Part shown: positions 51,595 through 64,000 of the stretch, piece after piece | How the letters are laid out: each line of letters opens with the position of its first letter | Position numbering within the stretch: the stretch's first letter is position 1 | From: Octopus bimaculoides | Taxonomy: Eukaryota | DNA length: 64,000 nt | Assembly: GCF_001194135.2 (NCBI RefSeq) | Contig: NC_068993.1 | Location: 63,965,347-64,029,346 of the forward strand | Direction: 5' to 3' | The notes under the pieces: generated by a model | What the model was told of the DNA's origin: nothing | Databases searched by the model: none | Seen by the model: the letters and a program-made list of their open reading frames with translations, nothing else | Position numbers and translations under genes: made by a program

Positions 51595-51743
51595 AGATTA
51601 GTCAATTAGACCGACGTAATTTAATTTTAACAATTCCGGGATATAAATAATAAAATTGACCTCAGCGGAAATGGAATTCAGAACGTAAAAGAAACAGTAT
51701 AGATATATTACGGCATCTTGTCGGCTGCGCTAGTGATTCTGCC
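51595..51743 (-). mobile_element. Decayed SINE family A copy
   Basis: ttgacctcagcggaaatggaattcagaacgtaaaag...gcgctagtgattctgcc. Confidence 0.65.
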
Positions 51744-51989
51744 ATATTTTTTATTAATGATATTCTCTTTGAAATCTCCTGAGTAAATGGAAATGAAATT
51801 AGTAACGATGACAGTAAAAAGACCATCACGCTTCTGAGATTGTAAAAGTGTGAGTTTTGCATTGATCTTCGTACTCTTGCAATGTAAAGATATACAAGAG
51901 AATAATCCAATTCCATCGCGTATGCATCATAATGCTAAAAGGATGTTAAAGAATGCATTCTGTGTGAATGGTAATGTGGAAATGCGTGT

Positions 51990-52027
<38 letters not shown>

Positions 52028-52321
52028 CGTATGTACGTAGAGACGAAAAATTCAAAACGTACACTCAATGCCAAGAAGTTATGTACGTTTATTACAACTG
52101 ATAGCTCACATCTAGTTATTCGAATAAAGGTTTGGCTGCAATAACCATCCACACACAGATCAGTCCCTAACCTGACATTTTCAGTAAAAACATCTTGTTC
52201 GGGGCGCTTTGTCTTCTTTCACTACACCCACAAACCGGAAGCGGTCCTTCATTTTCAATAACGGCGTATCCATACCGTATTTCTTTTCCATAACTGCTAG
52301 CTCTGACGTGCCACTATGTCA

Positions 52322-52456
52322 GGTTAAATCAGTTAAATCGATCACACTGTTCAACTGGTACTTATTTTCATCGGCCTTGAAAGAACAGAAGTCGACCCTG
52401 GTGTGTCGCTAAGCATTTTGCCCGGCGTGTAAACGATTTTTTCATCTCGCCGCCTT
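52322..52456 (-). mobile_element. SINE family A copy with internal deletion
   Basis: aactggtacttatttt..agtcgacc..gctaagcattttgcccggcgtgtaaacga..ctcgccgcctt. Confidence 0.75.
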
Positions 52457-52554
52457 AACACTTATATATATATATATGAGTGTTTGAGGAGTGGTGTTGT
52501 ATGTAAAGTCGTTGGCCCTAATTTAATGTTTGTCCTATAACCAATGCTTCTTTT

Positions 52555-52595
<41 letters not shown>

Positions 52596-53187
52596 ACGTA
52601 TTCAAATGTACTTTGACTTTCCACTTGCACACACCAGCATATTTGCGCGCACACGCAGGCATGGACATATATCTGCACAAATATACATTCATACATGTAT
52701 ATTTAGTTTCCAGCACAGAAACAGATCGCTCTCCTCAATTGTTATAGAAAGACTAACGTTTACGCGTTTCCTATTACAGGGTGCAATGTTTGTGAAGCTC
52801 AAGCCGTTCAATGTTATGCTGTAGCCCATTGGCAGCCTTACTGTATTATCTTATCTCTGTAGCTTATATTTGTATAGGATTTACTAGATTCTATACTGAC
52901 GTCAAATACTGTATCATAACTTGGTGTACACAGTTGGATGTCGTTACCGTTATCGTCTGCATGTATAATTGTTTCCTTACTAATGCAATATGTAATAAAT
53001 ATATTTTAGATTATAGAGGAGATTATTGCTGAAACTAATTCACTAAAATAATTGGAAACTAGCGTGTTTTGACGCAGGCGAATATTGCTTTACACGTACA
53101 CACACAGAAAGACACACACTCGCACGAATACAAGTATATATGCATAAATAAACACGCGCGCGCATACGCACAGGGAAAGAAAAGTAT

Positions 53188-53300
53188 ATAGGAGAGGCGC
53201 AAACATGATTGTGTTGCTAATAAGTTCGCTTCGCAATCACGTGGTTTTGGGTTCATTCGCACGGCGTGGCACCTTATGCAAGTGACTTCCGCTGTCTAAC
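53188..53300 (+). mobile_element. tRNA-like SINE head, probably family B 5' part
   Basis: tgtgttgctaataagttcgcttcgcaatcacgtggttttgggttcattcgcacggcgtggcaccttatgcaagtg; A/B-box-like layout. Confidence 0.6.
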
Positions 53301-53931
53301 GGAAATCCTTCTCTCTCTCTCTTTCTTTCTCTGATTCTTCTCTCTCTCTTTTACTCTCTCACTGTCCCTCTCTCTTACTCTCTTTGTGTTTCTCTCTTCC
53401 TCTTTCTGTTTCTGTCTATATATCTCTCTGTCAACAACCAAGCAATCAATAAATAGACATATGTATGTACACACGTATACAAATTTACAAGCACAAATAT
53501 ACATATACATGTGTTTATGTGTGTGTGTGTGTGTGTGTGCGTGCCTGTGTATAAACAGAAGGGAGTGTACATATTAACCGTTGAAAATATGTGTACGGCA
53601 TTAGTAATATATAAGGCGTGCACGAGAAGCAGTAATTATTTTACAGAAATTATGTAAGCATCAGGTACCTCTGTAAAATATAATTATATTTTGTAAATTT
53701 TATTAAATAGAAATTTCAGGTTCACGGATAGAATCACACATTTCTGTGAAATATTATATTCTTTGAAAAATATGTCTGAAATGATTAAACACTGGGTATA
53801 ACACAGAAAATGGCAGGGCAGTACAATACTAACAATATAAAAAAATAACAACAGGAACCAGCGCTAATTGAGGTTTTGTCGTGTCTATGAAATATCTGCT
53901 TTAATGTGGTTTTCTCTCTCTCTTTCTCTTA

Positions 53932-53985
<54 letters not shown>

Positions 53986-54509
53986 CAGAGTAATGGCGCT
54001 AAACAGTGTTTACGTATAGTTACAATTTAGGTTAGTTGAAATATGTTTGTTACGTACTTCAACTGCTAAAGGCAAATACACTGCAGTTACCGTGGAGAAA
54101 AAAAATCTCTCTTACGGTAAAAAGGTATGAAAACACCCAGTTCATTCAGTGTCGCCCTCTCTTGGGAATCTCAGACATCGATGCTTCGAGTTTATTGACT
54201 CTTGTCGATGAGATATACCTAAGAGAGGCAACTCTGAACAAACTGAATAAAGCTTATAGCTTTATATATAATTCAGCCAGGGGAGAGGATCTGAAAATGC
54301 TGAGGTCTTTTAAAGGTGTTTATTGATTTGGTCGGTTTCATTTTTTTAAAAAAAGAATTTCAAAAGTAAAATGTAAGGCTTTGTATAGCCTCTGCGTTGT
54401 TCAAAAATGTTTAACACAGATGCATTAAAAATATAGTGATACAGTCTTTGACAATGATAAGCAAATGTTAAGAAATAGAATCTTTGACAATGATAAGAAA
54501 ATATTAAGA

Positions 54510-54790
54510 GGGGCTTTGTGTTAATCACTACATCGATATGGCTGTTCGAAGTAACCGCTGTTTTAACACCAGGCAAATCTTCTGCCAGCTGGTGCAGCCT
54601 GCATCCTGTATATATTGCAAGCAGGGGAGCAAGCACTTACCATCTTCCGGCAGACGACGGGATTACGAGTCCGACTCATTCTCAGTCGCGAAAACCCGGC
54701 CGCTAGAGAAATGGCCAGAGTCCGTTCCAGCTCGCATTATATAGTAAACAATGCGATCAGTGATGTGCAACATGCAAAGTAACCAATTGA
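54510..54790 (-). repeat. Unclassified interspersed repeat, copy 2
   Basis: See 34690-34970. Confidence 0.75.
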
Positions 54791-54869
54791 AGAATCTCAT
54801 TCTGAGATTAGAGTAGTAACTATACTAACAAGTAAAGTTAATCGCCACCTGGCTACTTTGCTTGTTATA

Positions 54870-54904
<35 letters not shown>

Positions 54905-54908
<4 letters not shown>

Positions 54909-55260
54909 TTCCGGCATAGTAGCCAGTAGAGGTCTTGGTCTACCTTGTCGTGTCTGCGTTTGTACTCTTTCTGCGCCAGACTTTCACAAGCACTAACAAT
55001 GTGAGTCACGCTTTCGACCCTCTCCCCACACATTCTGCAAAGGTTCGTTGCACTTGTGTGCAATACATCCCCTTTTTCAATGCCTGGTCCTGTGCAGCGA
55101 TGATTAGTCTTCTTTTTTAGGTCACCCTCGCTGATCTACCTTCATGCTTCCTCATCTTTTAATTTATTCGTTTCACGGTGGAACTGAGCCTGTATGTCTA
55201 TGCGGAGTAGGGTTTCTTCTCTCTCGTTGGATGTTCGTGATCGGAATTCATGAGCACCCT
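54905..55260 (-). mobile_element. RLE-type non-LTR retrotransposon fragment (R4/Dong-like)
   Basis: AQFHRE..EGDLKK..LIIAAQDQAL..LCRMCGERVESVTHIVSACESLAQKEYKRRHDKV..LYWLLCRKY. Confidence 0.85.
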
Positions 55261-55277
55261 CAAGCTCATTTTTTTAA

Positions 55278-55491
55278 GGTGGTGAGCTGGCAGAATCGGT
55301 ACCACGCTGGACGAAATGCGTAGCGGTATTTCGCCTGTCGCTACCATGTGTGTTCAAATTCCGATGAGGTCAAATTTGCCTTTCATCCATTCGGGGGCCG
55401 ATAAATTAAGTACCAGTGAAACACTGGGAGTCGATGAAATCGACTAGTCACCTCCCCACAAATCTCAGACCTTGGTCCTGTAGTGGAAAGG

Positions 55492-55493
<2 letters not shown>
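55278..55493 (+). mobile_element. SINE family A full-length copy with (ATC)n tail
   Basis: aggtggtgagctggcagaatcgg...gttcaaattccgatgaggtc...gtagtggaaaggatcatcatc. Confidence 0.9.
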
Positions 55494-55542
<49 letters not shown>

Positions 55543-55699
55543 GTCGTCGTCGTCATTATCATAATCATTGTCATAATAAACATCACTGTTAATACCATGT
55601 GTAAATATAAGAAAGAAAAAACACGTTATCATAATCCTGATATGATTTACTTTTATAAAATGTCTTCTCAGTAATGAAGCAAACCCCCACCACACACAT

Positions 55700-55744
<45 letters not shown>

Positions 55745-56175
55745 TATACAGTGTAACACTCATACTTAAACATAGTCATAAACACACACAAAATCTTATA
55801 AACTCACACATTATGAGTGTCTTACACGCATTCACTGGTTATTTAATGTCTTTCCAAATTAATATTTCTTGTATAAGAGCGTGGTCAATCCTTACAAATG
55901 TCTCTCAAGATATGACTACTTTAGTGACAGATTGTACAAGTGCAGATTGTATAAAATTGAATTCAGTGAATACTGGTGATGGATATTAGAGAAAGTTAGC
56001 AAGTTAGATAGAGGCTGTTTCGTCGCAGTCTTATGTAGGACAAAGCTTTAATGTTTCATCGGCCGAGATTATCTAGCTGTCTGTCTCTTTATCTAACCAG
56101 CTAACTATACGCTCTTATCTCTCGGGCATACATTAAGTACGAATATATTTAGACAAACATCTATGCACACATACA

Positions 56176-56206
<31 letters not shown>

Positions 56207-56764
56207 GTGAGTGTGCTTGTATGCATGTATGTGTATAGCCATATATGTGAGTACGTATACACATATATGTGTGTGTGTGTGTGTGTAAAGAGAAAGAGAA
56301 AAGGAGGAGAGAGAGAGTGAGAGAGATTTAATTTGATAAAGATAGGAATAACGGAATGGATATTTTGAAAAATGTGGTACAAAGAGAACGAGTGTGTGAA
56401 CGAGTGAATTAACTCCGTAATTTCTATGGCTCTCACACCGAAAACTAATTATGATATATGTAGTTTAATAAACCGAGTTAAAGGTCAGTCCTAATCTTAT
56501 TTGTTTGTTATTATTGAACGTCATATCTACTGCTCACTTGTCAAGAGGTGATGTCCTAATCTAATCCTTTCTTCAACAAAAGAAAGCAGTTAAAGTTTGT
56601 TTCTTCGGCAACTAATTTTCACAGAAGAAACTTTAGCTGTTAGGAAACTTTACGTCGCTAGTTTGATGGTAATTACCATTGTTCACGTCGTCAGGTACAT
56701 TAACACTTGTGAGGCTACTCCTGCTTCCAAAGATGGCTCTACTGTGATGACAATAAGGAATGTA

Positions 56765-56927
56765 CTGACGATGATGATGATGATCACGATGATGTTGAGA
56801 ATATTGATGAGGATGACGACGCCAACGATGAAGATGAAGATGATGCTAATGACGACGTCAACAACGAGGATGAGGATTATTATTATCATCATCATTATTA
56901 TTATCATCATCATCAATATTATTGTTG

Positions 56928-56994
<67 letters not shown>

Positions 56995-57019
56995 CATTAT
57001 TATTATTATCATTATTATT
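56765..57019. repeat. Compound (GAT)n/(TAT)n trinucleotide tract
   Basis: Direct reading. Confidence 0.95.
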
Positions 57020-57102
57020 GAGGCGGTGAGCTGGCAGAATTGTTAGCGCGCTGGGCGAAAAAATTAGCAGCATTTCGTCCATCCCTATGTTCCGAGTTGA
57101 AA
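57020..57102 (+). mobile_element. SINE family A 5' fragment
   Basis: gaggcggtgagctggcagaattgttagcgcgctgggcgaaa; preceded by an (ATT)n run. Confidence 0.8.
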
Positions 57103-60100
57103 ATGTTTTACGATATTAAACATATTTAATATACATTATCATGTTTCTTGCTGCCATCGTCATCCCAGCCACCACAAATACAATGACCTTATATTCAAAC
57201 CAGTTACAATCCCCAAATAGCTTTAATTTTATAGTATGACGATATTGATATTCTGTAAATCGGCTTTATGTTTGCATACAAGCCGGGTGTAGGGTATGCG
57301 AGTATTCCTTAAAATGCATAACCGAAGAACCACAGAATATTTGGAGTACACATTAATCTAAAATTATGCCACCTAAAATTTAGCATTTGCCTACAGCAAG
57401 AATCTAGCGACAAACACTGGTCCAGTGATCTGGCTTATATTTGCAATTATATTTAGACTTCGCTACTTTTGAAATGAAAGCGTCTTCCGAGGACACAATC
57501 AGTCAAGTTTTCACATTCTGATATCTGTGTTTTAATCTCATGCAAGATGAACACTGAGACTGGCATACATAAGAAAATACATCATTTCAGCATTCTGCAA
57601 CGTTCTTTTTAACCTCAGAATTTTCATGCAAGAAGTATGAACAGTTGATAATGCTCTGTAATATGTTCCACCGTTAAGAGTAATGCAATCGTAGTAATCC
57701 TGCGTTTAATAGTTAGACAATGTCAATGACGCATGAAAACTTTCAGGTATTTATTTCGTTGAAGACTCAAATGACTACAGCATTCATGCTGTTAGTTGCC
57801 TCATTGAACCTTTAGATTCTCGCATCATTTACGGTTCCAGAACAATGAAGTGTTTACTTTCATGTTTATATCATCACAAATTAAGGTTGCATCAATGGTT
57901 AATATTGCCAAACTAATTTCATAAGCTGGAATGTGAAATGAAACTCATCTATTTCGTCTCGTTGTGAAATAAGACCCCGTGCCTAGACCAAACAAGCTTT
58001 TCAGCAGTTTGAAATCAAGGTCGTGTCTACTAGTTAGGTCTTTTTCTTAACAGAGATATGATTCTTATTTCAGACCAAACATGACGAAGATTAAAAGCTA
58101 TCTAAAAGCTCTGCAGTTTAAACATGAGGCCTACTTCCATAACAATTCTAAATTGATATGGAAATCACTTTTTATATTTATATTTATGACCTTCGCTGCA
58201 TTCATGGTTCTCTTCTACTTTATTTTGATCTTGGTTTTTTTTTCCATTCAATAAAATACCTTGCAGTAGTTTTGCCGGTACTTTGCGTTGTAAGTTCAAA
58301 TATCGTACTAAGTTCCACTTTCTTTCATCCCTTCACAATCGATACGTGAAAATACAAGCGAAATATTGGTGGCGTTTTTCCATCATCGTCTTTCTCTCTG
58401 AATCGGTTGTGTTGAAAGGACACTACTTCCCTGCCACTATTTTGCCACCTCTATGCAGTTAAGAATAAGAAACGCTCAGTCGTATTGCTACAACAGTTAA
58501 AGATTTTCATACAAAACTCTAGTTTCTTCGAGATTGTGGATGGTTATTTTAAAGTTGGTAATTACTTACTTCGATGTTACAGTTACCTTTGTTTGCTCTC
58601 AGAACGACTTTGAAGGTACAGACCTATAGAAAATCCTTTTAGTTATGATCAGCTCGACTTTGTTTTCAGAAATAATGTACCATAGACAATAGTATTAAAT
58701 GTTTTATATTCTTTTTTGATAACTAAGTCACCTCGTTGATGTTCCCTCTTGATGCAGTTATTGTTATAGAGATCTGTATGTTTGCTTCTAGCTGCATAGC
58801 TGTGGCCTAAGTAGTGTATTGAGGACAATTGGGGAGAATTTGTTTGCTACCTCCAGCAGATTTAGTGACTATGTATAAGTTCCTCTGGTTGACTCCTCGA
58901 TGCTTCATTCGTTAATGGTATTAATTAACCTCAAATTCACCTTGGCGGGAAGACCTATGTTCAAAGGATATCAAGCAGTGACCATGGTGTTTGTTCCTAT
59001 GCTTAGGTAACCCTCAACCATATTATCCATTGTATCACATTCAAAGATGGCAGGGTGTTATCTGAGGAAGACATACATAATATTTTTGCCCGACCAAACG
59101 GTCACATAGAGTGTCTTTCCGAATCGCAAAAGCTACAGTATATATTAATTGAGCAGCTGAGATCAATAGTAGATCGAGATCAGTAGAAAACGCAGCTATT
59201 CGAATTACCGGGTTATTTCAAACACTGCGTTGTCACAAAGACGAGAACAATGGTGAACTTGTTACTATATTATAGGAGGTTAAATTTTTCTTTTCGTTCA
59301 CACAGTGCTAAAGTGACAAACGAATTTTAAATTTCCACACTAAATATAATATTAGTAAATATGAATTGAAAAATATTTTTGTAATTTTTGAATTGAAGGT
59401 TAAAAAATAGAAATTTCGTTTCATCATTGTTCTGCTATATATTCCCGCAGTACGATCGTCCATGTACTAACCATAAAAAAGGAATGAAAAATAGATGAAA
59501 GAAAGAAAATTCAAGCGACATGAAATAGAAGAGTCGTGGTATTGAATGCTTTTTCTCTACATTGATAAAAGGTAGCCATAAATAAATAAATAAATTGCAA
59601 CAAAAGAAAATAAAAATAAAAATCAGTTGACTGCATTACCGTTGAAAGAGATTATGACTCACGAATTAAAAAAATAAATCAAAAAATCCCTTCATTGAGT
59701 TTAGTGATAACTGCATATTATCATCATAGTACATGTGCAAAGATAGAAAAGCAAAAGAAGAAAAAAAAAGAAAAGAATGAAAAAGAAAGGAGATTCAACA
59801 AAAGCATAACTGTACAACATCATTATAAGAACACACGCAACGATAACAGCGAGGAAAATAGCTCTGTAACATTTCCATAATAGTATATGCGTAAAGTGAG
59901 CTGTGGTGATATGATTTGGCACGAAGCTGAAAAGAGTTAAAAGAAGAGAAAAAATGAGTATTTCGGCCGATCTTTATCAAAATTCAAAGGCGGAATAAAA
60001 AAAATGTAAACAGCAAAGAAAAAGCAAATCAAAAGTAAAACGATAAAAAGAATTGAAAACATATTTTATTGATACAAATCGAACTGCCGTCTAAAAATAA

Positions 60101-60371
60101 AATCAATCATTTTTTTTTTTCATCGGTCAGTTTTTCTAATCTTCATATTTGGTTTTCTTTCTGTCTCGTTTCAGTTAAACTTTGCTTTCGCTTCACTCCT
60201 ATACGTCAAACATACACGTGCGTGTACGCATTGCATACGTACATATATGTTTATATATATGCGTGTGTGTATGTGTGTGTGCGCGCGCGCACGCGCGTAT
60301 ATGTGTGTGTGAGTGAGTGTGTGCGCGTGTGCGCGTGTGTGTTGTTTATCTTTAATCTTTTAGTTGTGTAA

Positions 60372-60560
60372 ATCAATGGACTGTGACTACAATGGCGCAC
60401 CGCCATCAAGAGTTTACTCGGACACATCGACCCCAGGATGTATTTATAAGACCAATTCTTGAACGATCGGTTACTTTTGCCGAAGCACTAACTTGCAGGG
60501 ACTTAAACAAATCGGCACCGGTTTTCCAGATGTGGGTTAAACACATACAGAAGCACACAC
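60372..60560 (-). mobile_element. Decayed SINE family B 3' half
   Basis: gcaccgcc..atcgaccccagga..ttttgccgaa..gggacttaaac..gcaccggtt. Confidence 0.7.
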
Positions 60561-60753
60561 ACACATACACACATACAGACACTCACACATACACACACAT
60601 GCACATACATACATACATCCATGCACACGCACGCATATATGCACACACGTACACACACATTCACATACACGTACATACACACTGGATTTACATTTTGTTG
60701 ATACAACCTTAACGGAAGAGTAAAACGTGTGTGTGTGCGCGCGCGAGTGCGTT

Positions 60754-60795
<42 letters not shown>

Positions 60796-61062
60796 CGATG
60801 TGCTTCTTTCAGTTCCCATCAACTAAATCTGCCCAGAAGGATCTGGAAAGCCCGCGCACTGGCACTGGCCCTGGAGCCACATAGTTGGAAAGCAAATTTC
60901 TTACCTCAGCCATTCCTGCGCCGCCCAACAGAAGAACCAATCTGTATCCAATCCATTCTCCTTTCCTCTGCTCTTTATTTAGCACTCTTTACATTGTGCA
61001 ATATAATGCTTCTAGGAATTATCACTGAACGAAATAGGGACACGTTATATGCTTGTTAATTC

Positions 61063-61215
61063 ATCTTCTTCTTTTTCTTCTTCTTCTTCTTCTTCTTCTT
61101 CTTTTTCTTCTTCTTCTTCTTCTTCTTCTTCTTCTTCTTCTTCTTCTTCTTCTTCTTCGTCTTCTTCTTCGTCTTCTTCTCCTTCTTCTTCTTCTTCTCT
61201 CTTCTTCTTCTTTTC
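61063..61215. repeat. Imperfect (CTT)n microsatellite
   Basis: Direct reading. Confidence 0.95.
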
Positions 61216-61810
61216 TTCGCTCTTTTTCTACTTTTACCAGTTCTCTATTTCTTTCTCCCAAATCACATTTTCTCTTGTGCTCTGTTCCTAAATCTTTTTT
61301 ACTTTTCTGTCTATATTCCTACGTACGTAGGCGTATATTGTATCTCGTATAGATACGGATATACGTACGTTTAAAACACAAATGTGTGTATGCTTGTGCT
61401 TGCGGCATGAGTGATAAGGCTTGAGCTCAAAGCAGAACTGGCGAACGCATTAGCGAGCATGGACTTTTCTGACAGCAATTTCTTTCTGAGCTATGGCAGA
61501 ACATTGTCTGTACTGGAAATACTCTATACTGGAAGTGCTTCATTAATATTTGATTGTGCTGCAAACGTAGCATTTGAAATGGTAAACGTTGGCATGAGCA
61601 CAACATCGACTCTTTAATTAATTTATGAATACATTATCAATCAATTATTATATTACGGTTTGTCAATTTATAAAGCCCAAATGTCAAACGTTTGATATAT
61701 GACAAAATTATTTTGCATCTTAAATGTTTAACTAACAAAGAAAATGAATGATTTTCGTATTATGTCTCTCTTTGCTATTCTACACATATCATTTATAAAC
61801 TATATATATA

Positions 61811-61847
<37 letters not shown>

Positions 61848-62228
61848 NNNNNNNNNNNNNNNNNNNNNNNNNNNNNNNNNNNNNNNNNNNNNNNNNNNNN
61901 NNNNNNNNNNNNNNNNNNNNNNNNNNNNNNNNNNNNNNNNNNNNNNNNNNNNNNNNNNNNNNNNNNNNNNNNNNNNNNNNNNNNNNNNNNNNNNNNNNNN
62001 NNNNNNNNNNNNNNNNNNNNNNNNNNNNNNNNNNNNNNNNNNNNNNNNNNNNNNNNNNNNNNNNNNNNNNNNNNNNNNNNNNNNNNNNNNNNNNNNNNNN
62101 NNNNNNNNNNNNNNNNNNNNNNNNNNNNNNNNNNNNNNNNNNNNNNNNNNNNNNNNNNNNNNNNNNNNNNNNNNNNNNNNNNNNNNNNNNNNNNNNNNNN
62201 NACACACACACACACACACACACACCCA

Positions 62229-62275
<47 letters not shown>

Positions 62276-62912
62276 ACACATAAATATAAGCACGTAAAGA
62301 CATTCTCTGATTTAAATACCACCGCACATATGCTCGCACACGCATATATATTTGTATCTATCTTTATGCATGTTTGAATTTGCACGTTCATATTTTGAGA
62401 GTGGTTCGTTTAGGTGAATGTTCGTTGCTTTTAATGCTTGTATATCGAAACACAGACCATATTGTTCTACTTTTCACACCGTGTGGTTTCAACGGAGTGT
62501 TTAGGTTTTATTTGACTGCTATTTCAACGCGTGCTACTCCCTTGGCACCATTCAAAGTTAGCAGCAATTACGCTGTTTACACCAATGAATGATATACGTT
62601 ATATAAAGTAACATAGCACAGGTGTTTTACGAGACACAAATACTCTAAGGTTTCAGATAATTATTATGGTGACTTAGGAAACTTAGAAACTCTGAGATAA
62701 ATCATGTATTTCGAGAATAGAAATTTTCCCTCAGTGTATAGAATCTAAACTCGAAAAGCAATGATAACTTTTGGAAACGAAGGTCAAGCAGTTCAGAAAC
62801 TCTCTGCTGCTTTCAACAAAATGGTGAAATGAAAAGACAAGTTTTAACCATACTTAATGCCCTCGACAAAGCATGTTATACTCTCTATAGCAAGACGGAT
62901 GGGGATCTCTTT

Positions 62913-63295
62913 CTCTCCCTCCCCACTCTCTCCCTCCCCACTCTCTCCCTCCCCACTCTCTCCCTCCCCACTCTCTCCCTCCCCACTCTCTCCATCCNNN
63001 NNNNNNNNNNNNNNNNNNNNNNNNNNNNNNNNNNNNNNNNNNNNNNNNNNNNNNNNNNNNNNNNNNNNNNNNNNNNNNNNNNNNNNNNNNNNNNNNNNNN
63101 NNNNNNNNNNNNNNNNNNNNNNNNNNNNNNNNNNNNNNNNNNNNNNNNNNNNNNNNNNNNNNNNNNNNNNNNNNNNNNNNNNNNNNNNNNNNNNNNNNNN
63201 NNNNNNNNNNNNNNNNNNNNNNNNNNNNNNCCCACCCCACTCTCGCCATCCTCACTCTCTCCCTCCCCACTCTCTCCCTCCCCACTCTCTCCCTC
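62913..63295. repeat. 15-bp minisatellite (ctccctccccactct)n spanning an assembly gap
   Basis: Near-perfect units on both sides of the N-run 62998-63230. Confidence 0.9.
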
Positions 63296-63321
63296 CGTCA
63301 CTTTCTTTTAGGTGTTCTCCA

Positions 63322-63379
<58 letters not shown>

Positions 63380-64000
63380 TGTATGTATGTGCATATGTGT
63401 GTATCTGTGTATGTATGCATGCATGTGTATATATTTATATATATACATAAATATATTATATATAACATATGATGTAAAAATAATAATAATATATATATAA
63501 TATATATAAAAATATGTATAATAATATATATATAACACAAACACACAAACACAGAAAGATTGAGAGAAAGGGAGAAAACGTGAGAAAGAGAGGCTAGGAT
63601 GTAGCAACTGCATAGTTAGCAGCAATTTGCTGTGTGGCAGGATTTGCATACGAAATGCAAGTAATTAGGATCTAATGTTATTTATTTATTTTTCTTATTT
63701 TACAGATATTTAACAAACTGACTGGTTTTCCAACAACTTGAAAATTGCATTTTCATTGTATGTGTATGTACCGTAGATAAGTATATACGTATGTATCCAT
63801 CCATGTTTGTATATACATCTGCATGCATGCACCTGTGCATGAACATGTGTCAAAGTAAGCATGAATGCAGGCACACACAAACACACACAGAGAAAGAAAT
63901 ATATGTGTATATATATATGCATGTGTGCGTGTGTATGTGCGTGTGCGCGTGTTTGTGTGAGTGCATGTACCTGTGTGTTTGTATATATATATATATATAT

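Noticed and set aside
54445-54509. 29-bp direct repeat pair
   Set aside because: Only two units with a 7-nt spacer; simple slippage, not CRISPR-like.
16015-63450. Long ORFs containing X runs (e.g. 24490-25487, 32990-33943, 61744-62391)
   Set aside because: Artefacts of N gaps flanked by (TA)n/(CA)n.

Overview
AT-rich eukaryotic draft-assembly DNA with ten N-gaps, very dense in microsatellites and retroelements. The SINE families and the microsatellite load look like a coleoid cephalopod, probably Octopus (inference from recall, not a database hit). No host protein-coding gene could be identified with confidence; there are only isolated splice-signal or exon-like candidates. The window holds about 20 copies or fragments of one tRNA-derived SINE, two further SINE families, fragments of RTE, L1/Tx1 and R4/Dong-type LINEs, several Penelope-like elements (PLEs) and MITE-like foldbacks. 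Nearly all supplied ORFs are artefacts of simple repeats or N-runs. The most notable signal is a set of minimal type-I hammerhead ribozyme motifs. Four lie within about 1.9 kb (22666-24548) and a fifth at about 29.5 kb. The four clustered motifs carry three different palindromic stem III hexamers, and two of them sit in the arms of a roughly 460-bp foldback.
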